DNA of 64,000 nucleotides, taken from assembly GCA_000708835.1 (NCBI GenBank), contig DF236981.1, positions 1 to 64,000 of the forward strand, given 5' to 3'. Both the position numbers and the translations under genes were made by a program. Source of the DNA: Klebsormidium nitens (Eukaryota; Plantae; Klebsormidiophyceae). The notes beneath the pieces were generated by a model. It made no database searches. It was not told where the DNA came from and was given only the letters and a program-made list of their open reading frames with translations. Positions 37,729 through 50,787 of this stretch are shown in pieces (the stretch's first letter is position 1; the number at the start of each line of letters is the position of its first letter).

Positions 37729-39943
37729 CGCACCCCCTTGGCAGAGATTCACGGGCACCGCCCCGGTCTACTTGCTCCCATGGGGGCCGGGCCGTACTAA
37801 CTTCTGTGCCATTGGCTGCGGGGCACTTATGGGCAGCTCTCAATTGAGATGGTTGCAAACCTTTCAATAGTGTCCCTACTGTGCAGTCTCTGTGCAACAA
37901 ACGTTTTCACTTTGTCTCATCAGATGGGGGCAGCTTGCTTGGTGTAGAATTGAGCTGCAGGAAGGGAAGTGTCAGCAGTCACTTCGCTGGTCTCCATCGT
38001 CTTTGTAACTTTCACCAGGCAACATGGCTGATGTCTAGTTGGTGCAGGTCAGCTTGAATGAGTTGTCTTCGCAGTTGATCTGAACCTGGCCAAACACTAA
38101 CATTGATGCAAGTCTAGGGCGGCCAAGTGCTTGACTTTAGACTCGGAAATTACAACTCAATATTTTGGGTTTACAAATACCCAGTTGTTCTTACTGAGGC
38201 TCAATGAGGCTCAATGAGCACACCTGACATAGTGTGATGCAGTGCCTTAAAGCAACAATGAAGAAAAAAGTAAGAGAGAAACAGCGGTTTTTCAAAAGCT
38301 AAGGGGTTTCTGATGTGCGCCCATCTCTAGCAGCTATTGCCCAAATAAAGTAGCATTCTGCACTACCCAACTGGGGCCTGACATTGTGTGCATTCCCGGG
38401 GGGGCAATCAGGTGGCTTTGATAAGTTCACTATTGTGTGCCCACCATGAGAACTTGCCCCCCGACATTGGCATGATGACCAAAATCATTGAGAAACTTAC
38501 TTCCTAGCAAGCACTCACATAACAACCAAGCGCATAAGCCCAATGTTCCTGTAAATTTGACAGCATCCTTCATGGTTCTAGAACCACCAAAGATTGCATT
38601 ACATGAGGAAAGTCAGCAGGTGCAAGCCAAGGTTGTTGAAAGTGACCCTCACCACCAAAATCCAAGCCTCGCCACGCAAAGAACTTGAGTTCAGGCAGAT
38701 TGGATCATCAAAAAGTGCAGGCTCTTTTGACCAATTCTGAAGCAGGTCGTGAAAAGAAGTATTGATATGCATTGATCAGGCACCCGCAACGTAGTACGCC
38801 TCCGAAGATTGGCATGCATCCAAAGTGCGCTTTTCAAGTGAAAGCCTAACAGAAATCTGCTCCCTAGCTCGATAGATCCCCTGTGAAGATTCTCTACCTA
38901 CTTATCCTATGCTGCCAGTGCAACGTTTGAACATGTCTTCAAGTTCCTTGAGGCTGAGCAGTCCCAGACTCCCAGCGCCTATCCAAGTTGGGCCAAGACT
39001 TTTGAGACTCAATTTTGCAGATTCCGTTTGTCCTTAGAACCCTAAGATTAGATTCCGCTGGGCGGCGCTCTTGCATCCCCCAACTTTTACCGTTGTAGCC
39101 CGTTCAATGACGTCTTTTCGTTCAAATCTTGGACAAAGGCCTAATACCCCCTGGGATTGGTGTCTACTGGTAGCTTTTGCAAGCCTGCCGTTTCTTCTCC
39201 CGCCTGCCATTGTTCCGCGTTGTTTATCAGGTCAGCGGAACGACCTTCTCCAAGTAAAATGGCCAGCTGAAATCCGACAGAACTTGAAGCTGCAACTTTG
39301 CGGCGGCGCAGTGCAAGACTCAGAGCTACTTACATTTTTTCCTGTCACCCAGCTCGACTTAGGTTGCCCTGCCCCTTGCAATGGGCTTCAGTTTCATGGG
39401 CGCCCTCTGAAAACCTCCAGCATCTCGGCATCTGCAACTTGGGTCACAGTGACGGGATCATCATAGACAGGCTTACGGACTCTCACGGTCTCAGTACCTT
39501 CTTTCAGTTTCTTCTGTATTATCAAACCGTCTCTGAGACACTTCCTCATTACTTGCTAAACTGTCCAATAAGCCCTGTCGCAGGACACAAAACTACCGGT
39601 ACATGCTTAGAGGTAAGCTTTTCGTTGTTACTGAAAGGTCCTTGGTTGGTGACAATGCGTAAGCCACTCGACGTGCAAATCATATTGAGCACCACGATGT
39701 AGATCATGGCTGGTATCACAGCATTTCCTTGGTTGGAGTTTCCAATTGCTTCCTCGGGGATGTGAACACTGGCCCGCAACTTCTCTGTATACCAACACTT
39801 CAAGTCCATTTGTTTCCCCATTAGATAGATGAATGACAAAGATTGCTGTCTGTGTTCAACGTGACGCCAAGTGCTTGATTGAAGCTACTCTTCTATGCAG
39901 GTTGAAGTGCTTCATTGCGTCAGCTTGTTAGATAAGTGGCACG

Positions 39944-42900
39944 ATGCTGCTTCTTGAAGCGCAGCTGTCGGAAAGCGGTCGGCCAATCCTCCAGCCCGGA
40001 GAGATCGAATGCCAGCTTATTGACTCGACAGACATTGACCTAGAGCAGGAAACCAAGCCACCCTACTGGAATCCACTACTTGGGGGGATCGTTAGCCTCA
40101 CAACCCACAGAATCATCTGGATTGAGCGGACACGGAAAAAGGAGCCAGTCCAGTCGCGCGCTTTCGCAATCCCCCACCCTGCAGTGCATGCTTTGGAGCC
40201 TCCCAAAAAGGGCGGGCTCAAGTCCCTGTTTGGGAAGCAAGCAGTGAAATTACGGATTGTTGTTGGTATTCGGAAGGACGGCGCTTTGGCAACAAGAGAT
40301 GCCGCAAGCGCGGTGCGCGTAGTCATGGTGTTCCGCAACCTCGACTCAAACAGCGATGCATTCGTGACGAGATTCCAGGTGAGACACATACGGAGCTTGA
40401 CTCTTCATCTGCCAAGCGACAACCCAGCTCTAGGCCAATTCGTAATTGGGCAGCAGGGCTTTATTCTGCAAATCTACAGGAAAGGGGTGGTTGTCAAAAC
40501 GGGGATGTCCTAAGGTACCAGCATGAAGACTTATCATTCGTTGGCCACTATGCTTTACAATCTAGTGGATTGCTTCAATAAATACAGTTGCTTGCGCAGT
40601 GATACTCAGAAGCAGCCCTCAGTCAAGACCTCCGTCCCGTCATTCCAGGAAGTTTTGGAGGCGAAAGCCTGGACGGTCATCCCCCCCACCTCTGCCCTGC
40701 CCGGGCGGGCCCATCCCGGGTCTGAGCCCTCGTTCTCGGGGCGTCAGGACGGCTCGCAGCCGTCCAGAGCGTTCACAACAGCGCACGCGGGTGTGTCCGG
40801 CATCTTGAAGCGAGAGGAAGCGCAGGCGAAGCAGGCAGACGAAACACTGCAGGAGGCATTCGGCGACCTGAATGCACTTATGGTGAGGCCGGGCGGCTGT
40901 TAGGTAGTGAACGAGAAGGAAGGAGCACGATGTCGGACCTGTTGCCTGCCACAGCTTCCGATTGCATTTGTTGTGGATGTATCGCCTCAGAGTCAATGTA
41001 AGGGGGAGAGTCAAGTTTAGTGATTCTTACTTCAATCGTTGTTTCCTTCAAGCTGCCAGATAAATGACATTCCTTTGGCTCAAACCGTTCAGCCGCCCCT
41101 CCACTGTGCTAGAGTCGCTCCAAAGCTGACTGTACACGTCTGAGTTAATCCTTCCCCTTCGGAACGGTGTCCTTACGATCCAAGGATTACACTCGTCCTG
41201 TTTGCGGACTAACAGAGGGATAATCACACAAATAGCGTCTCGTCGCAGAGCAAAGCCAAGGACATGGTAGCGCTGGCGGAGCGGATACGCATGCGCCTCG
41301 CCGGGTCGAGCGGGGGGACCGGTGGGGGCACGGACGAGGGGGAGGGCTCGCGCCAGGAGATGCAGGACCTGCTGCTGAGCGTGGGGATAGCGTCCCCGGT
41401 GACGCGCGAAAACGCGGGGGCGCTCTACCACCAACAGCTGTCCAGACAGGTGAGAGGAGGAGAGTTCCAGGCGGGGGCAAAAGACAGCGGCCTGATGACA
41501 TCGCTTGTGAAATATGGAGGGACTGAACCGAGGTGCAGCGAAGTTGCAAGCTTTGAGCTTTTCTGGGGACTGACTTCGTCACGTTCAAGCGTCCTGCTAT
41601 GGCAAGAGACAGCCCAGGCTAGTACCAGGATTTCCGCTAAGCCCCAACTACTGGTCAGCCTGGCACCATTCGGCACCGGCTCTGAGTGCTCTTCCTGCTT
41701 TGCAGCTGTCCGACTTTGTGGGGCCGTTGCTCGTGAAATCCAACGGGATGATGGCGCTTGTGGATGTCTACTGCTTCTTCAATCGCGCTAGGGGGACGGG
41801 TATGTTGTTTCCGTCGCCCCTACATGTAACCGATTGATTCGGCTCGTGTTTTTTCTGAGATTGAAATATGTAGGTCTGGTGGATGCGCCTGCTCCACTTC
41901 CAGCGCTGTTCTCGCTGATCTAACTTGTGTGCGAGAGAGCCCCTTCTCAAAACCGTGCTATCTGCCGCTGAACGGTGTAGCAACGCCATTCGTACAAATT
42001 GATCATTAAACGGGGAAGTCTCGATTCGAAGTGCACTTTGTAACTCCTTCGACTTTCTCCAATCTTTGGACCTCTTTTCAAAGGTTGTTCCACAAACCTA
42101 TCTTCCTTCCAATCAGTCCCCCTGTCCGCATCTCAACGTCCCGCCCGATTCGTACCCCTTCCCTGCTGCAGAGTTGATCTCGCCCGACGACCTGCTCCAG
42201 GCGTGCCGGCTGTGGGAGCGCGTGAACGCGCCAGTGCGGCTGCGGCGCTTCGAGAGCGGCGTGCTGATCGTGCAGGCGCGCGGCCACAGCGACGAGGCCA
42301 TCTTCGCGCAGCTCGCACAGCTCGTCAAAACGCCCGACGGCACGCACTTCGGGATCAGCGCGAGCGACGCGGCGCGCGCTCTGGGGCTGCCGCCGGCACT
42401 GGCCAAGGAGGAGCTGCTAGCGGCGGAATACCGAGGTGGGCGGGGCGGTGTCTGGACTTGCATGAAGCGTGGATAAGGCAACTCGGAGCAGCCGGGGGAA
42501 GTAGCCAGATACGGGGGATACGGTAGACACGGGGCAATCGTGTGTAGTGTGCGCTTGCCGTTCTGTTTGCATCGTCAGATACATTGTTACAAGAGCTTGT
42601 ATCCTTGTTTCCGGGTACATGTGATACGGCTCCAGTTTGGCTTTGTTTGTCGTCAGGTTCAACGGGGGATTTCGTTGTATCGAGCTCTGTTTCCCGGAGT
42701 TTCCTTACGATCTTTCAAAAGAGCAAAGAGCTGGTTGTTATAACAGCACCGTTACAGGTCTGAATAGAGTTTGGCCTGAGATCTGGTCTAGTTCAAAGGC
42801 CGCGCCCAATGTGTGCCCTGGCAGGCCGTTGATATAACTCGATGCTATGACTATGCTCCACAAAAACTTTTTACCTAAGATCAAACACTGCAACCCTCCT

Positions 42901-43066
42901 CCTCGGCAGGCATCCAGTCTGCAGCGCTTGTGCCAATGGGCTGTATCATCTTCTGCCCGCAGGACTCCTGTGCCGAGACGATGGGGCGGATGGCCTGCGC
43001 TTCTATCACAACTTCTTCCTGGAACTCGACTCGTTACAAGAAGCAGCAGCAGGGCAACAACAATGA
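39944..43066 (+). CDS. VPS36: ESCRT-II subunit VPS36, 6 exons
   Basis: GLUE-like N-terminus [21 protein letters not shown]; [20 protein letters not shown]; [23 protein letters not shown]; [24 protein letters not shown]; last exon [18 protein letters not shown]. Splice phases are consistent. Confidence 0.93.
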
Positions 43067-44424
43067 CGAGCACTCACCCTCTTGGTATTTGTGTGCCATT
43101 CGCGGCAGAGGTCGAGGTAGGGTGACAGCCATGCACAGAACCTACGTGAAGGCTCAATTGTAACCAGCCCGCTCAGCGGCCAAGCAGCTTCGAAGCGACA
43201 CGATCAAAGCAACATGCTTGCCGGTCTAAATGTGCGAAAATCGAGTCAGCAGCCATTTCTTCAGGTCCAGCTCGACGTGGTAACGTGCGCCACAGCACGA
43301 AGCAAGATGGTCACAAGGTCAAGAACGTCTTGCTCTATCCAGATCATGACGGGACAGCAGAGCGTCAGACTTTGTTGACTCGACAGGATTCATTTAAGAT
43401 CTTCAATGATGTAACCAGTCGTCTAGCTATTGCACGGCATGCTTATAATCAAGCTTTCACAAGAATCCGAGTCAGCATGACCATCACCATCATGCATTAT
43501 AGATGAACTTTTTTGACAGTAGCTCCGTGCGCACATGATCAATAAGTATGTACATGGAGTCAATCGACCGCGCCGGACTCACATGGCGGCATCTGACACA
43601 TGTGACCTCTGGGCGCCGCCATGCCAAAGCTAGTCCGACGAACATGTCATGAGCACGACGGTCATGTATGATGCATGGCATGTATCATCATTGTCATTGC
43701 ACCGCGCTCGTGCAGCTCATGATCGTCTCGTGTGGTTTGCATGGTTCGCGACTTGAAGTTGTGGTAATTGTACCACGCGAGATGTGATAAATTTGTCCAC
43801 GTCTTTCTCTGCATAAATATTGATGCGAACTTAAGAAAGATTCCGTTCAATATGGAGTGGGCCAGATCGCAATACAGATTATCTACCTCAGGCCGGGCCT
43901 AGTCTAGGAAGCGCCGGCCAGTGATCACTTTCTGCAATACTGAATTAATTTCTAACACTGAACCAGTCAGCGGCTCACTGAATTGAATTGCGGATAACCT
44001 CATACATGTTGGCAAGGACAGTCACTAGTGCATAGAGCTAGATGCATTTCAATGCTGGCATGCATGTGCACTATCGGAAACACTGATCGACGCACAATCA
44101 GACCGAGAGATCATTGCGTCTATGATATGAGACCGCATGCTACATATATTGCCGCAAGCTAAGAAAGCTGAATCAAAACATTGTTCAACAATCAGCCCGG
44201 GGCCAAACTAATCTGCACAAGCAGCTCATCGACATTGGGCAAGAGCGATAGGCCGCCTGCAACGAAGCTGGACACGTGGCCCGTTCGCATGGCCCAGGCC
44301 GCCAGTTGCAAGCATTTGTCTCGCATGTTCAAGGTGAACGCCGCCATCGGTAGCAGGCACAGAGTAACAAACGGGTAGCTCAACATTCAAGAAAGCGGCG
44401 GGTTTTTTGACGTATTCCTGAACC

Positions 44425-46087
44425 TTAAGCTGTAAGTACGCAAGCACCGCCCGCCTCCTTGATCCTCTTCTCCGCCAGCTTGCTGAAGAACTTGGCCTTG
44501 ACCACCAAGGGAACGGCGGGGAGCTCGCCCTTGCCCAACACCTTGAAGATGCCAACCTTGGTCACGTCCAAAACGGGGGCCTGGCCCTTGCCAGCGCCAG
44601 CGAGCTCCTTCTTGGTGGCTGCACCAAGGAACAGCGGGTGCTGTCAGAACTCATTATATCAACAACAAAGACTTCATAACAGAGTAGATCTACCTCTCAG
44701 CCTTGAGGTGCCAACCTGTTGAATGGACATGCCGCCGGTTGCTACACAGGTCTGCCAAATGCCGCCGGTTGCTACACAGGTCTGCCAGAAAAGTGTCCTT
44801 TGCAAGACCGATGTATCGAGCTTTCAAAATTGGATTCAATCAAAATTCTGGAAACGAAAGTAGAGGTTGTTTCCCATCAGCAAACCCAGCACCAGAATAA
44901 TGCGAGTGACAAACAAGCGGACGACCTTCCCAATTGTCCGTCTCCTATCCAGGAACAAGATAAGACTCCGGCGCAAAAAGAACCAAAATATGGCGCAGAC
45001 TGCCCCAGAAAAAAATGCATGAAGCCACCGAGGCGGATCAAATGTATATATGTGGTTCTTAGAAGGCTGCCGAGAAGGTCAATTGCGGCTCCATGAAAGT
45101 TGTGATCTATAGAGTTTGCTTTGTAGACTTCAGGATGCAAAACTTTGTCACCATCGGGGAACTGAAAACCCAGTCCTATAAACGGCATGGCAGAGCGGAG
45201 TCCCTGGGCGGCTCCCCGGCTGATCGCATTGCTCTTTCCCCGTGATCTACCCACAGATATTCAAAACGAGAAAAAAGTTTGAAAAAATAGATGCACTTCG
45301 GCAACCGCAAAATCGCTGCAACCAGGCCAAGTGTGGTCCAACAAGGAACGTCCCTCCTCTTCCTTGACTAAGCCCTACACCCGGCCCGAGCAGGCTTCAC
45401 TTTCAGGTGATTAGAAGTTTGCTCACACAGAAACACAGAAACTTGTAGACGCAACCTACTGAAAACTCTCAGTATTCTCCCTTTACAGCAGGTTGGAATA
45501 TCTGTGACCGCAAGGGCCTCAAATCTGCGGCTTTACAGCAGGGCAAAGCTAAGCAACCATGGCTTGCCCTGGGACAACTCATGAAAAAGAGGAGGCCATA
45601 CCCTTGGGGCAGTACTTGGAGGCCAAGACCCCCAGGCCAACAAAGTGAAAAACCATTATCAGCCCCTTAGATGCTAATGACAAGGAGCCAGACCAAAAGC
45701 CTTCCCCTCCTGTACCCTCTGTTCTTCCAAACAAGCCGTAGCCTCTTTGTAACGTTGCCCTCTTCCAGCAAAGAAGAACCAGGCATGCCGCGCTGGCAAA
45801 GCAGAAGCGCCAAAGGCACGGTAATGGTCCTCACCCTCGGGGACTAGGGACCAGAGCTTGTCTAGGTTGATGATGGGGTTGTGGAACTGGTTCTTGGTCT
45901 TATGGAAGTATCTCTGCCCGACTTTGCCGAAGTACCCGGGATGGTACTTGTCCATCATGATGCGGTGGTGATGCTGCCCTCCTGCATTACCCCGCCCTCC
46001 GGGATGCTTTCTGTGCTTGCCGATACGCCCATGCCCCGCACTCACGTGCCCCCTCTTCTTCCGGTTCTTATGCAGGCGGGTCGTCAT
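44425..46087 (-). CDS. RPL27A: 60S ribosomal protein L27a (uL15), 148 aa, exons 46087-45835 and 44618-44425
   Basis: [42 protein letters not shown]...[39 protein letters not shown]; exon lengths sum to 447 nt. Confidence 0.98.
44729..44787. repeat. 30-bp tandem duplication in the RPL27a intron
   Basis: atgccgccggttgctacacaggtctgcca twice. Confidence 0.9.
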
Positions 46088-47535
46088 GGTGCCTCGTGCT
46101 CAGCCCAGCGGCCCCCTGGCGCCCAACCTGGTTCAAGCTGCTACAGGGCAGCGCTTCGCTGAAAGAGGGCGAAGGAGGAGGCAACTGCTCACTTTGTACC
46201 TGGTAGATTCACGAACTTTGACACTACTTTGATTGAATGGACACCACCGAATCGCGAGCACCCCACTTCTGGGCCACCTCCGAAACCCGATCACCTGTGG
46301 TGTCAAAATAACATTGTCAGGAAGGAAAGACGATAGCTGCGGTTGCCTGCGAAACGAAACTCGCCGTGAAACAAATGCCCAGTATGGCTGCGCAACAGCT
46401 TGCCCCGCATACAGTAATCTCAAGAACGCTGCCGATGCTGGTGGCTGAGATGGGCGAACTCCGAGGTCCCCCGTTTTGCTGAAATGGCGACTGTCGCCAC
46501 TGCTCCTCGTTCAGGCTTCCTCTAGAATTCATGAGAGTCCAAGCCTGTAGTGATGTCACCGATAGCAAACCCTTCACATACCGTGCAAGCTCTACGGAAT
46601 GAAGCTCCAGGGATTCATACGTTAAGGGTGTCTATCCGTACGTCATCGCCGGCTCGTCAGGGGCTAGTATCCCATGTCAATTGGTCAAAGATTGTGTCTT
46701 TACTGCTGACCAAGGTGGGGCACATTCGTCCTTTAGATGCTATCTGGTCCTCCTTGATGTGTATCTATGTACGTTTTGCAATCTCAATGCTGTGAACTTG
46801 AAGTAGGGTGTCCCGACACATTCTGAAGTGCATTTGCATGAACAGGCAGTGTGACCAAGTGTAAACATTGCAAGCTCCACTGTAAGATACGGAAAGTATG
46901 GTGCGTTTCTTACGCCACTCAGCCAGGTGGACTTTATATGCAGAATGAAAGAGCAACTTGGCCAACTCTTGTTTGGCACCCATTTGCAGGCTCGTCTTGT
47001 GACCGGAGGGCCCGGCCTTCAATGACAAAGTGAGGGTGCTATGCTGGTTCAGGATCCAGAAAGTTTTCAGCTTCTCAACGTAGCGTATCAATCAGTGCTG
47101 ATGCTCTTAATCTAAAGGCACAGCTCTAGCTACGTTCAGCCCGTTCAAATCAATGCGTTGTCTTTTGAAAAGTTCTTTGCAAAGCTTCTAAAGATACAGA
47201 ATCTATTCTTGTTTGGAGAAGTTCAGTTGCTGACCTGCAAACCAGTTGGCTTCTATAGTTGCCACCACCTCAGCATAAGAATGCTCCTTGATTGAAACAC
47301 GTTGACTGTGAAGAATAGATTCAACGAACTTCAAGCAAGAAAATCACACCAGATTAGAGTTGATAGACAACCTCGTAAAAGCAAACAAGAGAAGGAATCG
47401 TCTCACTCTGGCAAGAAGCCCCAAGTCTGTTGGCAAGAGATTGTATCTCCCGTATTCCTTCTGAACATACCCTTTTTGTTTCTGTCCAGCTGAGGTCAAT
47501 CCTGGAAGTATCGGGACACCACTGGTGGGCCACTC

Positions 47536-50500
47536 ATGGCCCACAACCCGCCACCGGACCTCGGGCAGGAGGCTTCTGCCAGGCCGGTTGAAGAACAGGT
47601 CAGGAGGCGCCAAAGAAACCCCCTGTGAAGTCCCCTACATATCAAATAATTCTCACTAACAGCACAGCTACAAATCACTGAGGAGAAGATAACGCCTGCC
47701 TCTGTGCAATTTGCGCTTGAATCAAGTGTCCCGATCTGAGCTCACACAGTCATGAGCTACATGATCTCATAGTTACATGTTACGTCACCATGCATGTAAC
47801 TTGATCTTCATGTGGATCATCCTTCTGTCTCGCGGTCTAGCTCTTATGCCCCGATTGGTCCAGCCTTCGGTCTTCTGGCATGGCCTCAAAAACTCAAAAC
47901 ATTCTACACTGTCCTTTCAGATACTGGAGATTTATGAAGACCTGCTCGACGGTTTCCTGGTAGACATTGCGTCTGAAGTGCATCGCGAGGCGGCCCTAGG
48001 CCCTGCTGCCCGGCCCCCTGACGAGCGGCCCCCCCTCCCTGAGCCTAGTCTTCCCCCTGGGCTGCCCCCCATCCCTGTTGCCAAGATCCCCAAGGACTGC
48101 CGGGTGGATGTTTTTGGGCAGATCATCCCGCCTGTGCCAACGGACAAGTTCAACTGCCAAAACTGCGGCAGCGTCGTAGTCGCCAGCCGCTACGCGCCGC
48201 ACCTTGAGAAATGCATGGGCAAGGTGCGTCAGGAATGGCTGGTTTCTGCGGGGTCGCAACAGAAGTGCGTTCATTTCGTTGACAAATTCGTTTCATGACG
48301 AATGTGATTTGTCACCGCCGCCTGCTACCATATGCCCGCAACAGATGATCACTTCCAATCTCCCTCCAGTAATATACCCATAGCTACATTGAGAGGGTTC
48401 ATCCTAGAAGTTCCTTCTTCCGATCCCTCTCTTTTGGGTTTCTTCCATTCTATTGTTTCTAAGAGCTGCCCCCTTCGTCCTTTTGCAGGGTCGCACCGCG
48501 TCGCGCGCTGCGTCGCGTGCTCTTGCCAGCCAGCAGAATGCGCGCCGCCTGCGCGCCAGCCCCGCCCCCTCCAGCGGCACCGCCACCCCCCCTCCCAGCC
48601 TGGCGGGGGGCGCCGCGTCCACAGAGGGGGGCCTCGGGACGGGCAGCTCGGGGGGGCTGGGAGAAGAAGGAGGAGCGGACGACTCGTCAGAGGAAAGTGA
48701 CGACGAGGCCAAGGTGGGAGTCCGTGTCGCGTTTCGAGAAGGGGCCCTTGAAGCTTACTTGATTCCGCTCTTCGAGCTGCATCGACAAGTAGGTCTTGAA
48801 GCATGATATTGGGTATTGCACCGACAGTGCAGTCCGGATTCTTCGAGTCATCGTTTTTAGGAGAAGGATCGGTGGATTCCGAGAAACGAATGTGCTGAAT
48901 TGTATATCTTTCCAGCTAGCGAGAGTGCAAGGTCAATTGTCACACGACCCAAAAGACTCGCACAAAAGTGTTCTTTTCATACTCCGGGTGATCTAACACC
49001 AAAAACATCGTCTTACCCCTTGACCGAGTTGTATTATCTACCTCGAGACTGAGAAACACTGTCTTCGTCGGATCAATAGAGTCTTATCAATCTCGAGATC
49101 TGGATTCGTACATCCACCTTAATGAAGCTCATTCTCAATCAAGCAATCAGCGTCGGCGTATTGAAACAGATAAGCCGTGTCTGCCCTCCAGGATTCTTCG
49201 TACGGCCCTGGGGGGAAGAATCGAGGTGGTCGAAAGGGCGGCCTGCGAAAGCTTGGCCCGCAAAAAAAGGGGCGGTCGGTTCGGCGGGGCTCGCCCCTCG
49301 CACGGCGCGAACTGCAGGGGTCGGGGAAACCCCGAGTGGTGCTAAGCCAGCCGCCCGTGGTCCAGGTAAACAAACCCCGCCCAACCTGTTGATCCTCAAA
49401 ACCGTGTAGCCGGTACTTTCCTCCGTCCAATATAGCGGACCTCTAAGGGGGCATCGTGTGACCCGAAGGCCTCGGCGACCCGATAATTCGTCTGCCCGCA
49501 GCTCGGTGGCTGAATCCGGTACTACGTGTTTTCTTCTCGCCGACACGAAAGCAGAGTATTACCCGAAATGGCCGCCGCGATACCACGTAGTTAGACGCCC
49601 ACTTTAACCACGAGTCAGGCACACGACGCACTGGTAGCTCGGCGGTCGAGTCTCCCTTGCTCGATGGCGGTGCGCCGCGCGCGTGCAGGTGATTGCCGGG
49701 GACGGCGCGGGAAACGGCGGGAAAATCATCATCCCGGCAGGGTGGGCGGCACGCGCCGCGCAGCTGCGACCAGGCTCCGCAGAGAGGCGAGGTGCGCGGA
49801 GCAACCGTCCGCCGCTCCGATAGCTCGTTCTGCCCAGCTGTTCCTTTTCTCTACGCTCAGAAGCCTATTTATGCGTCGGCAAAGACCTGGAGACAGACCA
49901 GGAAGTCGCGCAAGCCTCCCAAGTTTAGTCTCGTCTTTGCTTTCGAGTGCGAGTCAATCTACGTTTGGGATATGCTCGAACTCAGGAGAGTTTTTGAAAT
50001 TTTTGCGCCGCTCGGGAACGAGGTACGCATGTCCGGGCGTCGATCTCACCCGGAGTGCTAGTTCATACAGGGGTGAGCGCACCTGTGTGGTCGCCCGATC
50101 CGCCAGCCGCGTGTGAAGTCGCAAACGAGACGTCTCCGGACGAGGCACCAACGACGTCGGTGCCTACCTCCAACAACGAAAAGGTGCGCTGCTTCCAGGC
50201 ACAGGATTATCGCGGATCGCTAACGCCGCGCTCGATAGCTCGAAACGACTCTCCTGCTTTGTAATCGCAAATGTTCCTCTCTGGATTGGACGAATAGATG
50301 GCCCTCGATGCTCTAGAACTACAGGTTTTCTGAGTAACAACTTTTAGGCAATCGCGAGCATACAGTTTGCAAGATGACACGATTTTGACCTTTTCGCGGG
50401 CCGGAGAAAGCATTGCCCCGCCGTTTCACTGTCCCAGCTGCAATACAATCTCTTGGGTCCCTGCTGCAGCGGCGGCGCGAGCAGTACATGAGCGTAAACG

Positions 50501-50787
50501 CCCCATTCGATCAAGCGTCGTTAGTTTCAGAAAGCTTACCAGAACCATCAGAAAACTTTAGCGTGGGTAGGGGCCGGGGCAGGCGTGCCTCGAACGGGAG
50601 GGGCCGGGGGGGTCGAAGGAGGGGGGGAGGAGGGGGTGGTAGAACGAGTGTCGATAGCGTTGCTTTAGGCGAAACTAACGAAGATCTAGCAGCCGAACAA
50701 GTACGAAAGCGGCAGAAAAAACCTCCAGTAAAGTACAAGGAAGAGAGTGCGCTTCGAAGCGGAAGCATGGTGGTCCTCGACGAATAG
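47536..50787 (+). CDS. SGF11: SAGA deubiquitination-module subunit SGF11 with a long C-terminal extension, ~432 aa, 7 exons
   Basis: EIYEDLLDGFLVDIASEVHR; DVFGQ; zinc finger [25 protein letters not shown]. Exons 47536-47598, 47921-48223, 48489-48713, 49192-49365, 49689-49791, 50071-50183 and 50470-50787 are all in phase. The 3' exons are less certain than the core. Confidence 0.8.

Noticed and set aside
45470-45600. H/ACA snoRNA in the RPL27a intron
   Set aside because: Two weak hairpins and an ACA on the minus strand, but no ANANNA H box between them.
49270-49340. GC hairpins (ggggctcgcccc, ggggaaacccc) as a transposon end
   Set aside because: They lie inside an in-phase SGF11 exon (49192-49365).
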